DNA from: a bacterium | Lineage (GTDB): Bacteria; RBG-13-61-14; DATKZS01 | Direction of reading: 5' to 3' | NCBI GenBank assembly: GCA_963674965.2 | Contig: CAXXFL010000004.1 | Span: forward strand, 96,001 to 160,000 | DNA length: 64,000 nt | In this document: positions 1 to 8,552 of the stretch, piece by piece | How positions within the stretch are numbered: the first letter of the stretch is position 1 | Layout: every line of letters begins with the position of its first letter | The notes under the pieces: model-generated | Told to the model about the DNA's origin: nothing | Database searches by the model: none | The model's input: only the letters and a program-made list of their open reading frames with translations | Translations under genes and position numbers: made by a program

Positions 1-819
1 CACATAGCCCTTGTCAGGACCGAAGGTCGCCATGATCTTGTCCGCCGCCGTTACCACGAGTCTTTGCTTCTCCATAAGTGACGGGACTGTGTTCGCTTCC
101 GCTGTCTTTTCCTGGAATGTGCTTGCGTCCCGGTGATACTCAAGCCTGGTGTCAGTCCTCCACCAGCCCACGGCCGCTTTCATTCCCAGCGAACTGCCGG
201 CAAGCAGATGACGGCCGCAACGAGGCATGAGCACGATATGGTCAACCTCATTTACAATGTTGGGCATGGTGACGGGATTTTTCCAACCGCGTCCATGTGC
301 GGGATCCTCTTCATGGAACGCGGACCAGCCATCTTCCTCGGGGAAGTACAGTTCAGCGCCGGCTTCTTGCGCTGCCGCCGCAATGCCGCTGCTTTCCATC
401 AAGCTTCTCGAACTTCCTCGGAGTTTGTCCTCGCTGAGCTTGACGTGCTCAATACCGGACATGTCGGTAATGACTACCCGACCGGCGCCTTTGTCTCTGA
501 GCAACTCCACCATGGCGGCCACGGCCATGGGAGAAGTCGTGGCCGGAAATTTATTGCCCGAGTTCAACACCGGCTTGATAAGAACGGAATCGCCCTTTAC
601 GAGCCAGTCCAGATTGTCCGCCGCAAGCACCGCGTCCTTCACCGCCTGCTTCAGGTCCGCTCCCTTTTGCACCCCGCTAAGCCCTACGACCTCTTTCGCT
701 CCCGCCCCGAACGAGGTACTTAGCGGAAGCAACGCGCCACAAGCAGTTCCCAAGGCCGTCAACTTGTTAAAATCGCGTCGGCTGAGGCGTCCGTTCCAGT
801 GATTATTGTTCTTACTCAT
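1..819 (-). CDS. Tat-exported DUF362 family (Fe-S) protein, truncated by the window edge
   Basis: Not in the ORF track. Hand translation from the ATG at 819 gives MSKNNNHWNGRLSRRDFNKL (twin-Arg signal)...GDSVLIKPVLNSGNKFPATT...VDHIVLMPRCGRHLLAGSSLGMKAAVG, typical of DUF362. The start overlaps the stop of 812..1366. Confidence 0.8.
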   Translation of the reverse strand, partial: MSKNNNHWNGRLSRRDFNKLTALGTACGALLPLSTSFGAGAKEVVGLSGVQKGADLKQAVKDAVLAADNLDWLVKGDSVLIKPVLNSGNKFPATTSPMAVAAMVELLRDKGAGRVVITDMSGIEHVKLSEDKLRGSSRSLMESSGIAAAAQEAGAELYFPEEDGWSAFHEEDPAHGRGWKNPVTMPNIVNEVDHIVLMPRCGRHLLAGSSLGMKAAVGWWRTDTRLEYHRDASTFQEKTAEANTVPSLMEKQRLVVTAADKIMATFGPDKGYV

Positions 820-1366
820 CTGCCGTCACTCCCTTTTCGTCGGGTGATTCCAGTTTTTTCTTGATCGCCTCGACCCACTCGCGATGTTCCCGGTCCAATC
901 CTTCCTGTCCGTACATGGCTTTAAACGCATTGGTCCCGGGACCGCTTATTTTCTCATAGCTGGTTACGGTGGTGACACCGTATTTATGAGTTATGGTTCG
1001 GCCGAACAGGATCTTAATTCCGGCCGAGGAGGCGCTGAATTCATGTGTCCATACGCCGTCGCTTTCAGCAACGGGTTTGTCGCTTTTAGCCAGGGTCAGC
1101 TTGACCTTGGGCGCGTTTTTACCGCCGATGATAGGCATAAACTCCACTACGCTCCCTATCTTTTCGCCATCGCCTTTTTTTAGTTCGGCCTTTTTCACCG
1201 ACGGGTTCCATTCAGCCCAGTTGTCCGCGTCCACGAGCAGGGCCCAGACTTCCTCCGGCGAGGCGTTGACCTCAATCGATTGTGAACTGGCCAACTCCGC
1301 GCAAATTCCGGCGGCTGCCCATAAGAGCGTCACTATTGCGATTGTAACGGCCATTGATTTTTTCAT
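812..1366 (-). CDS. Secreted SRPBCC/START-like (polyketide cyclase family) ligand-binding protein
   Basis: Signal peptide followed by SIEVNASPEEVWALLVDADNWAEWNP, the hallmark SRPBCC N-terminus. Confidence 0.75.
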   Translation of the reverse strand: MKKSMAVTIAIVTLLWAAAGICAELASSQSIEVNASPEEVWALLVDADNWAEWNPSVKKAELKKGDGEKIGSVVEFMPIIGGKNAPKVKLTLAKSDKPVAESDGVWTHEFSASSAGIKILFGRTITHKYGVTTVTSYEKISGPGTNAFKAMYGQEGLDREHREWVEAIKKKLESPDEKGVTADE

Positions 1367-1399
1367 GACGATCTCCTTCCGCGGCCGGCTGAATATTTT

Positions 1400-2722
1400 T
1401 CAACCCGGTATCAGTCCTTTTTCTTTGGTCGCTTTCTTCAGCTTGCGTTGGTATGTAAAACCCTGCCAGATTGACTTGGGCTCGATGCCGAAGTAGCGCC
1501 TTGTATATATTGAAGCAAGGTGCTTCTGGTCCGCGGCCATTTGCGCTTTTGATACCCGTTGCGGATACTTTTTCTTGATCTCGCACGCTTCTTCATAGGT
1601 ATCGCAATGGACCATGCGTCCTTCTTCGCCGGGCACTACCAGCCCGCCTTCCTGGAGCATATGGAAACGGTCGGCCCTCTCGTCAAAGGTCGGGCCGCAC
1701 ACAAGGGAGCACTGACCACAGGTCAGGACGTTGGGGGATTTAAGTCCGGTGACTCCCATGTACTTGGCGGCCAAGTCGGACAATAGCTTGTCGCGTTCAA
1801 ATTCGTCCTCAGGCAGGTCCTTGTATTCAGGGATGCTTGTTTGCATATCCTCAGAAAAGATCTCACAGGAACTAGCGCGGATAATCTCGTAGCGCTTACC
1901 AGAGTCGCCGGCGACCATGGTGGCCTTACCGAAGTCTTTGCGGATTTTGCTCCTGTTGGTGGGGTCCATTTCGTTTCCGATCCAGTCCGTGATCCAGTGC
2001 TTACCCCAGGTTGTCCACTTCTTATCATAGGACAGCGAGTGCATACCGAAGCAGGTGGTCATGCACAGGTGGACGTTACGGCGCTTGCCGCGCGGGTGCA
2101 ACTCACCGTTGATAAGGATCTGTTCTTCCTCGTTCTCTAGAAACATCTGGGACGCGCAGGCGCGGGCGCACATCCGGCAGGTTTTACATTCACGATCCAT
2201 GAAATGTCTGGGATCGAGCATGGGGTCGCTCTCGAGCTTGGCGTCAGTGACCACCGAGCCCAGGTACACGGAAGCGCCATGCTCCTCGGTCATGACATTG
2301 CCTGAAAGCCCCATGGCGCCGAGTCCTGAGACAATTGCGGCATAGCGATGTGAAAATGACGGATCAATGAAGATGGGATTCAATGACCGGCGGTAACTGC
2401 AGTTGGACGGGACAAAGGCCGCTTTGTGTCCTTTCTCTTGAATGAATTTTGCGGTTTTACTGCCGATGTGGTTGATTCGCTGGTTGCCCTTCATCTGGTC
2501 GATGTTGTGCGGCGCGGGAGATTTCTTGCCCAGGAAGTCGTAGATGGCTCCGACGTCCATGGGAATGACGAAGGCCACCACCGATTGTGCTTTTTTCATG
2601 GTGTAGGTCGGGTCCATTGACGGCGGACCGTTGAGTCGCTCCGGTCCCGCCGTGCCCACGGCTGTAACGCCCATTCCGAGGCCCATGACAAAATCTTTGA
2701 TTTCTTGTTCTAAAGTTCCCAT
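1400..2722 (-). CDS. QueG/reductive dehalogenase-fold Fe-S (probably cobalamin) oxidoreductase, paralog 1
   Basis: FSHRYAAIVSGLGAMGLSG...GASVYLGSVVTDA, CKTCRMCARAC and distal CGQCSLVC; colinear with 7033..8367. Confidence 0.75.
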   Translation of the reverse strand: MGTLEQEIKDFVMGLGMGVTAVGTAGPERLNGPPSMDPTYTMKKAQSVVAFVIPMDVGAIYDFLGKKSPAPHNIDQMKGNQRINHIGSKTAKFIQEKGHKAAFVPSNCSYRRSLNPIFIDPSFSHRYAAIVSGLGAMGLSGNVMTEEHGASVYLGSVVTDAKLESDPMLDPRHFMDRECKTCRMCARACASQMFLENEEEQILINGELHPRGKRRNVHLCMTTCFGMHSLSYDKKWTTWGKHWITDWIGNEMDPTNRSKIRKDFGKATMVAGDSGKRYEIIRASSCEIFSEDMQTSIPEYKDLPEDEFERDKLLSDLAAKYMGVTGLKSPNVLTCGQCSLVCGPTFDERADRFHMLQEGGLVVPGEEGRMVHCDTYEEACEIKKKYPQRVSKAQMAADQKHLASIYTRRYFGIEPKSIWQGFTYQRKLKKATKEKGLIPG

Positions 2723-2761
2723 TACCTTTCCTCCATTCAGTTCCAGATCTATTGGAAAAAA

Positions 2762-3424
2762 TTATTTCTCCAGGGCCTTCTCGCATTCCGCGAGCAGGGC
2801 CTCCGGAGGCATGCGCACCGTGTAGTCCGGGTTATAGTGCACGAAATCGATGACGCCATCCGTGCCGATGATGAAAACCGATGGCACCGGCAGTTGATGA
2901 TGTTTTTCACCGGAGAATTTTTCAGTGGCTTTGGCCGACATCTTGTTCCTCACGCCATTTTTACTTACAAAGGCAATGCCGAAGGCCCGGGAAACGGCCA
3001 TACTACTGTCGGATAAGAGGAGGTAACTCAATTTAAGTTTTTCCCGGGTTTTATGCGTCTGTTCGGGGCTGTCCGGGCTGATGGCTATAAGCTGATATCC
3101 CATTTCCTTGAGTTTCGGCTCGATTTCCTGCAGTTGACCCAACTGCTTCTTGCAATAGGGTCACCAGCGGCCCCGGTAGAAAATCAACACCGTCGGCTTT
3201 TTCGCGATCGCGGCATTCAGATCGAAGGGTTTTCCTTCCTCGGTTGTCGGGGCAACCTTGGGCGCCGCGTCGCCGACTTTGAGAGGTCTTACCTTTTCCG
3301 CGAAGTCCGGTACGCCTTCGTCCGCTTTAATGACGTTTAATGCCGGAAAGGCGGTCAATACAAGAAGTACAAACACTATCGCGACCAAGTTTTTATAAAG
3401 AGCCTTGAAGCAATCTACTTTCAT
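2762..3424 (-). CDS. AhpC/TSA (peroxiredoxin-like, thioredoxin fold) selenoprotein with UxxC active site
   Basis: ORFs 3161..3424 and 2762..3142 are in frame across a single TGA at 3161-3163: FYRGRW-U-PYCKKQLGQL. N-terminal signal peptide or anchor. SECIS-like hairpin just downstream of the UGA. Confidence 0.9.
3130..3146 (-). promoter_or_regulatory. Putative bacterial SECIS hairpin
   Basis: mRNA GCAGUUG-GGU-CAACUGC: perfect 7-bp stem with a G-containing loop; the stem starts 14 nt and the loop 21 nt after the in-frame UGA. Confidence 0.75.
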
Positions 3425-3448
3425 TTTGTCCTCCTGTTCACTTTGCGA

Positions 3449-4474
3449 TCATGCCTTGATTTCCATCAAGTCGCTTCCGACCTTCATCGGGCCTTTGTAA
3501 ATATTTTTCATGCCTCTTACGAACATTGCTTCCATGGCATGATTCATGGGGCTCGGGACCATGTGGGTGAGCACCAGTTTTTTCACTCCGGCGTCGCGGG
3601 CGATCTCGGCTACTTCGTCGGTCATGGTGTGGTAGTCCAGGATGTCCATGGCCTGTTTGGCCCTCCTTTTGTCACTGTTTTGAGCGGCCATTTCCACCAT
3701 ATTTCTATTCATCGACTCATGAACCAGGATGTCGCAACCCTGGGACATTTCCGTCATCCGCGGCACCTTTTTGGTATCGCCCGACACCACCACCGACTTT
3801 CCCTTGTACTCGAATTTATAACCCACCGCGGGAGTCACCGGCAGATGATCGACCTCGAACATCGTTATTTTAAGGCCGTTGTCATCAAGAATGACTCCGG
3901 GCTGAGATTCCGTCACTTCAGTTTCATACCCCTTTTCGTTCACTGACCAGCCGTGATGGTCGATGCGATACTGCTTGTCCATGGAAAATGAATCCAAAAT
4001 GCCGTTGACCATCTTTTTCACCCCGGGAGGCCCGACAATCGGCATGGGAGTATCCGCGCCGGCAATGGCGAAGCGGTTCATCATCACTTCTCCAAAGTCC
4101 GAAATATGGTCCGAGTGGAAATGGGTGTACAGCAGCATATGGGGATTCATCAACCCCGCCTGGGCCATCCGGAGCCAGGCGCCTCTTCCGGTATCGACGC
4201 ATATTGCACGATCACCGGCAATAACCATTGTTGACGCGCATGCCCTGTCCGGATTGGGAAGAGGTGATCCTGTTCCTATTAAAACCACCGACAGTCCGCC
4301 CGAGGGGTCAAGCTCCCTGTCAGGCGGCAATCCTCCCATTGTCTGCATAACTTTCCGCATGACTTGTCCGGATGCCTCTCCGGGCGCGCCGAGCGCTCCG
4401 CCCAAAAGGCCCGCGCCAACTCCTATGCCCGCAAACTTGAATACGTCTCTGCGATCCCATCCTTTGTTCGACAT
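3449..4474 (-). CDS. Tat-exported MBL-fold hydrolase (RNase Z/AtsA arylsulfatase-like)
   Basis: DRRDVFK twin-Arg signal; GTGSPLP, THFHSDH, SGDT, LVHE and LTH motifs. Confidence 0.8.
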   Translation of the reverse strand: MSNKGWDRRDVFKFAGIGVGAGLLGGALGAPGEASGQVMRKVMQTMGGLPPDRELDPSGGLSVVLIGTGSPLPNPDRACASTMVIAGDRAICVDTGRGAWLRMAQAGLMNPHMLLYTHFHSDHISDFGEVMMNRFAIAGADTPMPIVGPPGVKKMVNGILDSFSMDKQYRIDHHGWSVNEKGYETEVTESQPGVILDDNGLKITMFEVDHLPVTPAVGYKFEYKGKSVVVSGDTKKVPRMTEMSQGCDILVHESMNRNMVEMAAQNSDKRRAKQAMDILDYHTMTDEVAEIARDAGVKKLVLTHMVPSPMNHAMEAMFVRGMKNIYKGPMKVGSDLMEIKA

Positions 4475-4496
4475 CGATTACTCCTCCCGAAAAAAA

Positions 4497-5516
4497 TTAT
4501 ACCGGAGCCTCTTGGGCACAGGGTGTGCCCGTCGCGCACAGGCCGCAACCGTAAATGTTTACGTTGTTGGCCAACTGGTTGTGGGGAACGTTGTTCATGA
4601 CGTTCCGGCTGCACTTGTCCTTGTTATGACCTTTTGCGGAGTTTGCTCCCACCGGGCAGCGCTTGGCGCATACCAGACAGCCGCCGGTCTGATGATGCAG
4701 GCAGTTGTGGCGGTGGTGAGGATGTCTTTCCCGGTCGGGTTCGAGGGGTACGCCGACAACCAGGCTGCCACAGCGGTGGGCGGATCCCATCTCGGAAATG
4801 AAGAAGTCGTTCATGCCGAAGCTCCCCAGTCCGGCGGCGAAGGCCATGTGCCGATGAGACCAAGGAGAGGCCCAGCCTACGTCCGGATACCGCCGCTTCC
4901 TGAAGTCCGGCATCAGGTCGGGAGCAACCGCAAGGATTCCCCTGTCGGCAAGCTCGGAAAGCATGGAAGCCACCAGTTGCTGACAAAACACCTCCCCGTA
5001 GAGACGACCGTGGGCCCAGCGCGCGGATGTCCATCGCTCCTGGTTAGAGTTGTCACTAACTATCTCGTCCACAAGGGGAAGCACAAAGGAAACCACCCCT
5101 ATCTGCTTGACCGGCGGTTTTTTCACTCCCTGCTCGGCGGCGGCCCAGGCCATGGCTTCATCGGGCGTGTGGTGGAAAGGGCCGATGATTTTTTTGTATT
5201 CGGCAAGCAAGGGATCGGCGCCGCTGACAAACCCCACCAGTGAGTCCCTGAAGATCGCTTCGCCCTCGAAATCTCCCGAGAGATTGTTTACCCGATCGTC
5301 CTTGACAAAGCCGGCCACGAACTCCTTGAACCACTTTTGGTCGATTCCACTACCGTCTCCCTTTTTGAGAGGCGGAAGCGGCTTGGCCCCCGTGCCGATT
5401 GCGTCGCCTATCATGGACTGCCAGCCCACCGGATCGAAGGCTGCGCAGCCGGACAGGGCTGCGGCCCCCGCGCCGACGGCGGTGGCGGTAATAAATTTTC
5501 TCCGATCACATCCCAT
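4497..5516 (-). CDS. Tat-exported lipoprotein with QueG-like Fe-S fold
   Basis: DRRKFI signal and LSGC lipobox; WSHRHMAFAAGLGSFG, CLVCAKRCP and GCGLCATGTPC. Confidence 0.75.
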   Translation of the reverse strand: MGCDRRKFITATAVGAGAAALSGCAAFDPVGWQSMIGDAIGTGAKPLPPLKKGDGSGIDQKWFKEFVAGFVKDDRVNNLSGDFEGEAIFRDSLVGFVSGADPLLAEYKKIIGPFHHTPDEAMAWAAAEQGVKKPPVKQIGVVSFVLPLVDEIVSDNSNQERWTSARWAHGRLYGEVFCQQLVASMLSELADRGILAVAPDLMPDFRKRRYPDVGWASPWSHRHMAFAAGLGSFGMNDFFISEMGSAHRCGSLVVGVPLEPDRERHPHHRHNCLHHQTGGCLVCAKRCPVGANSAKGHNKDKCSRNVMNNVPHNQLANNVNIYGCGLCATGTPCAQEAPV

Positions 5517-5570
5517 GCTGGCACCCTCTATGGACCCTTACCCTAACGGTTTGCAAGTTGGCCGAAAACA

Positions 5571-6119
5571 TCACGCCCCCCGAAGGACCTTCATCGTGGG
5601 CCGCTTCTTACTTGGCAACTTATCGTCGGCGAGCAACAACTCGGCGGCTTTCATTGCCGCGTTTGCCGTAACGCCCGAACAGTGTTCCATCATTTTGTGC
5701 TCGGCCGCGGCCTTGAGGTCGGCCGGGTCGAGCAGGTTAAAGGTCCTGCCTATTAATTTTTTCTGGATATCGTGACAGCGGCAACTTCCGTAGCGTTCGA
5801 TAAAGTCCTTGTGCAGGGCCGCGCACATGAGGTATGACTTCATCGGTTTCATCATGTCCTTGTGGTCTTTTCTTTCCCTGCCCGTCATGAGCCCGATGAA
5901 CATGGCCCCTCCGGTGAGAGCGCCGCATGATCCGTCGCCGGTAAGTCCGATCCCGTCGGCCAGTCCGCTGGCGGCGCGGAAGACGTCGTCGTTTTTCACT
6001 TCGAAGGCATCGAGCAGGGCGGCCACCACCGACTGGGCGCAGCCGGTGCATTCCTTTTCATACTTGGCGGCCAATTCGGATGCTTTCTTCATGATTTCCT
6101 CGGGGTTTTTGTTACTCAT
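5571..6119 (-). CDS. C-GCAxxG-C-C family putative redox protein
   Basis: GCAQSV, GSCGALTGG, SCRCHDI and EHC; start set at MSNKN. Confidence 0.85.
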   Translation of the reverse strand: MSNKNPEEIMKKASELAAKYEKECTGCAQSVVAALLDAFEVKNDDVFRAASGLADGIGLTGDGSCGALTGGAMFIGLMTGRERKDHKDMMKPMKSYLMCAALHKDFIERYGSCRCHDIQKKLIGRTFNLLDPADLKAAAEHKMMEHCSGVTANAAMKAAELLLADDKLPSKKRPTMKVLRGA

Positions 6120-6178
6120 TCTTTTTTCCTTTCCCCGCGATTTTCCTTTTTGATGTCCGTCTGGAAAAACGGGGCCGC

Positions 6179-6997
6179 TCACTTGATTTTATCGATCTCT
6201 TCCCTCAAGAACTTGAATCCCGGCGTGATGCTTTCGTCGATGCCCGTAGCCATGAGCGGCCGGGCCGGGAACCCGATATTCATCATGCCTCCCGACTTGA
6301 AGAGGTTATCGAGGGTGTAGAAAATGAGCTCGGCCGGCATTCCGATGCCCATTTCAAAGGGAGAGCTTCCCGAGAATGACCGGTCGCCGGCGCCGGGCAG
6401 CACTATCTGGGGCACGCCGGTGACAAAGGGGACCAGTCCGCCCTTCAGGCAGGTTTCTCCATAACCCTCGAAGGACGACGCGGGCACGTGCAGATATTCC
6501 CAGGTGAGGGCATGAATGATATGGGTGAGCTGCACGCCGTCGCCATGGAGCAGCACCGTATCCGGAATATCATGGGCCTTCTCGAGAGGAGAACAGACAA
6601 AGCCGATGTAGCCGAACATTTTCGAGATGTCTTTTTGCGCCAGTATCTTGGCCTGGGCCTCGAAACGCCGCCGCTCCGACTCGATATCCTTGTGCCATCC
6701 CTGCCTGACCTGGCTTTCTATAAAGGACTCAATGGGAACCTTGACCCATTGATGGCCCGCGGTCGATGGCGTGCAGAAATTGTCGTCCGCCGTCATGGCC
6801 ACCGTGACGCCCGAGCGCTTCGAGAGCGTGATGGCCTGGCACAAGGCCATCTTCTGGCCATAGGCCGACGGCTGCATGGCGCCCTTCGGTATCTCCGCCT
6901 TGTCCTTAATATATTTAATCGCCACCGGGTAGGTGGGCAGATGGAGTTTATGGAAAATGTCTTCTCCCGCTTTTTGATAGTCCTTTAAATCTGGCAT
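6179..6997 (-). CDS. DUF169 family protein
   Basis: LPTYPVAIKY, ALCQAITL, DNFC and PQIVLPGAGDR; AAGGAG RBS before MPDLK. Confidence 0.8.
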   Translation of the reverse strand: MPDLKDYQKAGEDIFHKLHLPTYPVAIKYIKDKAEIPKGAMQPSAYGQKMALCQAITLSKRSGVTVAMTADDNFCTPSTAGHQWVKVPIESFIESQVRQGWHKDIESERRRFEAQAKILAQKDISKMFGYIGFVCSPLEKAHDIPDTVLLHGDGVQLTHIIHALTWEYLHVPASSFEGYGETCLKGGLVPFVTGVPQIVLPGAGDRSFSGSSPFEMGIGMPAELIFYTLDNLFKSGGMMNIGFPARPLMATGIDESITPGFKFLREEIDKIK

Positions 6998-7032
6998 GGA
7001 AGTCTCCTTTTTCGTTCTTTTAGACAACCGGC

Positions 7033-8367
7033 TCACGCCGTGTCACGGTGTCCAGAAACCTTTTCCGCCACCGCCTTTTTCAGTTTGCGATCATAAATCG
7101 CGCCGCCGATTATGGACTTCGGCTCGATGCCTCCATAGTATGCGTGCCACATCACGGTCGAGATGGCAACGTCCTTAATCGTGTCGGACAGAGGTATTTT
7201 CCGGGAGTATTTCTCGCGCATTTTGACGGCCTCTTCGTAGCTCTCGACCACGGTGACCTCGTTGTTCGGGCCGGGCGCCACAAAGCCGCCTTCCTGGAGC
7301 ATGGAATAACGGTTGGCGCATTCCTCAATAGTCGGACCGCACACCAGGGCGCACTGGCCGCAGGTAAGTATCCGCTCGTTCTTTATAAGGTCCCGGCCAA
7401 CCACTTTCATATTTTCATTGTAAGAGTGCAAAAGCTCGAAGCGCTCGGTTTCGCTCTTGGCGGCGTCAGCTTTTGCCAGGTGGTCCTCCACCACCTGTTC
7501 GGACTGAAGTATCGCCGCGTTTTGCCTGATCGCCGAATAGCGGGGCGTCGAGTCTCCGGCCAGGACCCCCTCGACAAGCACCCGGACGCGAGTTTTCAGC
7601 CAGTCTTTCGGGCCGGGCGTATTATCCACCCAGTCCTCGATCCACCTGGTTCCCCAGGTCGTCCATTTCTTGTCGCGGGACAGAGAATGCAGCCCGAAGC
7701 AAGACGCGTTGCAAAGCCAGATGTCGCGCCTTTTTCCGCGTGGATGCAGTTCGCCGTTGAGTAGGATGTATTCCTCTTCTTTGGGCTCGAACATCCCGGC
7801 CACGCAGGTCTTCTCGCACATGCGGCACTTGTAGCAATATTCGTCGATGAAGTGTCGGGGGCTGAATCTTGGTTTGTCGCTTTGCAAGACCGCGTCGGTA
7901 ACCACCGTGCCCAGATACACGGACGCGCCGAATTCCTCGGTCATGACATTGCCCGACCATCCCTGCCCGGCGATCCCCGAGGCAATGGCCCCAAACCGGT
8001 GGGAAAAACTCGGATGGGTCGCGAAGGCGTCCGGGCTCCGGCGATAGTAGTTGTTTGAGGGGACCGGCTCGGCTCGGTGACCGAGCGACCGGATGTATTC
8101 GGCGATCCGGGCGGCAATGTGGAACAACTTCTGATTCATTCTGGTCTGGTCGCTGAGGTGTGGGTGATACGCCTGTTTTCCCAGAAACTGATATATCGCC
8201 TTGGTGTCCATGGGCATAACCAGCGACACGATCGACTTCGCGCCCTTCATGGTGTAGGTGGGGTCGAGCGACGGCGGGCCGTCAAGTCTTTCCGGGCCGG
8301 CCACCCCAACCACGGCCACTCCTTGTTCCTTTGCGAAGTCCTTGATTTTTTGTTCGATACCACTCAT
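7033..8367 (-). CDS. QueG/reductive dehalogenase-fold Fe-S oxidoreductase, paralog 2
   Basis: FSHRFGAIASGIAGQGWSG, CYKCRMCEKTC and CGQCALVC; GGAGG RBS before MSGIEQ. Confidence 0.75.
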   Translation of the reverse strand: MSGIEQKIKDFAKEQGVAVVGVAGPERLDGPPSLDPTYTMKGAKSIVSLVMPMDTKAIYQFLGKQAYHPHLSDQTRMNQKLFHIAARIAEYIRSLGHRAEPVPSNNYYRRSPDAFATHPSFSHRFGAIASGIAGQGWSGNVMTEEFGASVYLGTVVTDAVLQSDKPRFSPRHFIDEYCYKCRMCEKTCVAGMFEPKEEEYILLNGELHPRGKRRDIWLCNASCFGLHSLSRDKKWTTWGTRWIEDWVDNTPGPKDWLKTRVRVLVEGVLAGDSTPRYSAIRQNAAILQSEQVVEDHLAKADAAKSETERFELLHSYNENMKVVGRDLIKNERILTCGQCALVCGPTIEECANRYSMLQEGGFVAPGPNNEVTVVESYEEAVKMREKYSRKIPLSDTIKDVAISTVMWHAYYGGIEPKSIIGGAIYDRKLKKAVAEKVSGHRDTA

Positions 8368-8390
8368 AAATTTACCTCCTCGGAAACGTC

Positions 8391-8459
8391 TTTGCCAATT
8401 GTCAAAGGAGGCTAGCACGTCCTTTGACGTTTGTCAAACCACATTTGACATTAGTCAAA
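8391..8459. promoter_or_regulatory. Three palindromic operators TTTGAC-N4-GTCAAA in the divergent promoter region (candidate TetR sites)
   Basis: 8391-8406 TTTGCCAATTGTCAAA; 8423-8438 TTTGACGTTTGTCAAA; 8444-8459 TTTGACATTAGTCAAA. Confidence 0.75.
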
Positions 8460-8552
8460 GTCGAGGGTAATATATGATCAATCGGGAGCGATGAATGGCT
8501 CAAATAAAACATATACGAAGAGCAAAAACCAGGATGATCGAGGTAAAACTCT

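Noticed and set aside
133-802. Plus-strand ORFs 133..723 and 227..802
   Set aside because: Antisense shadows of the minus-strand DUF362 gene
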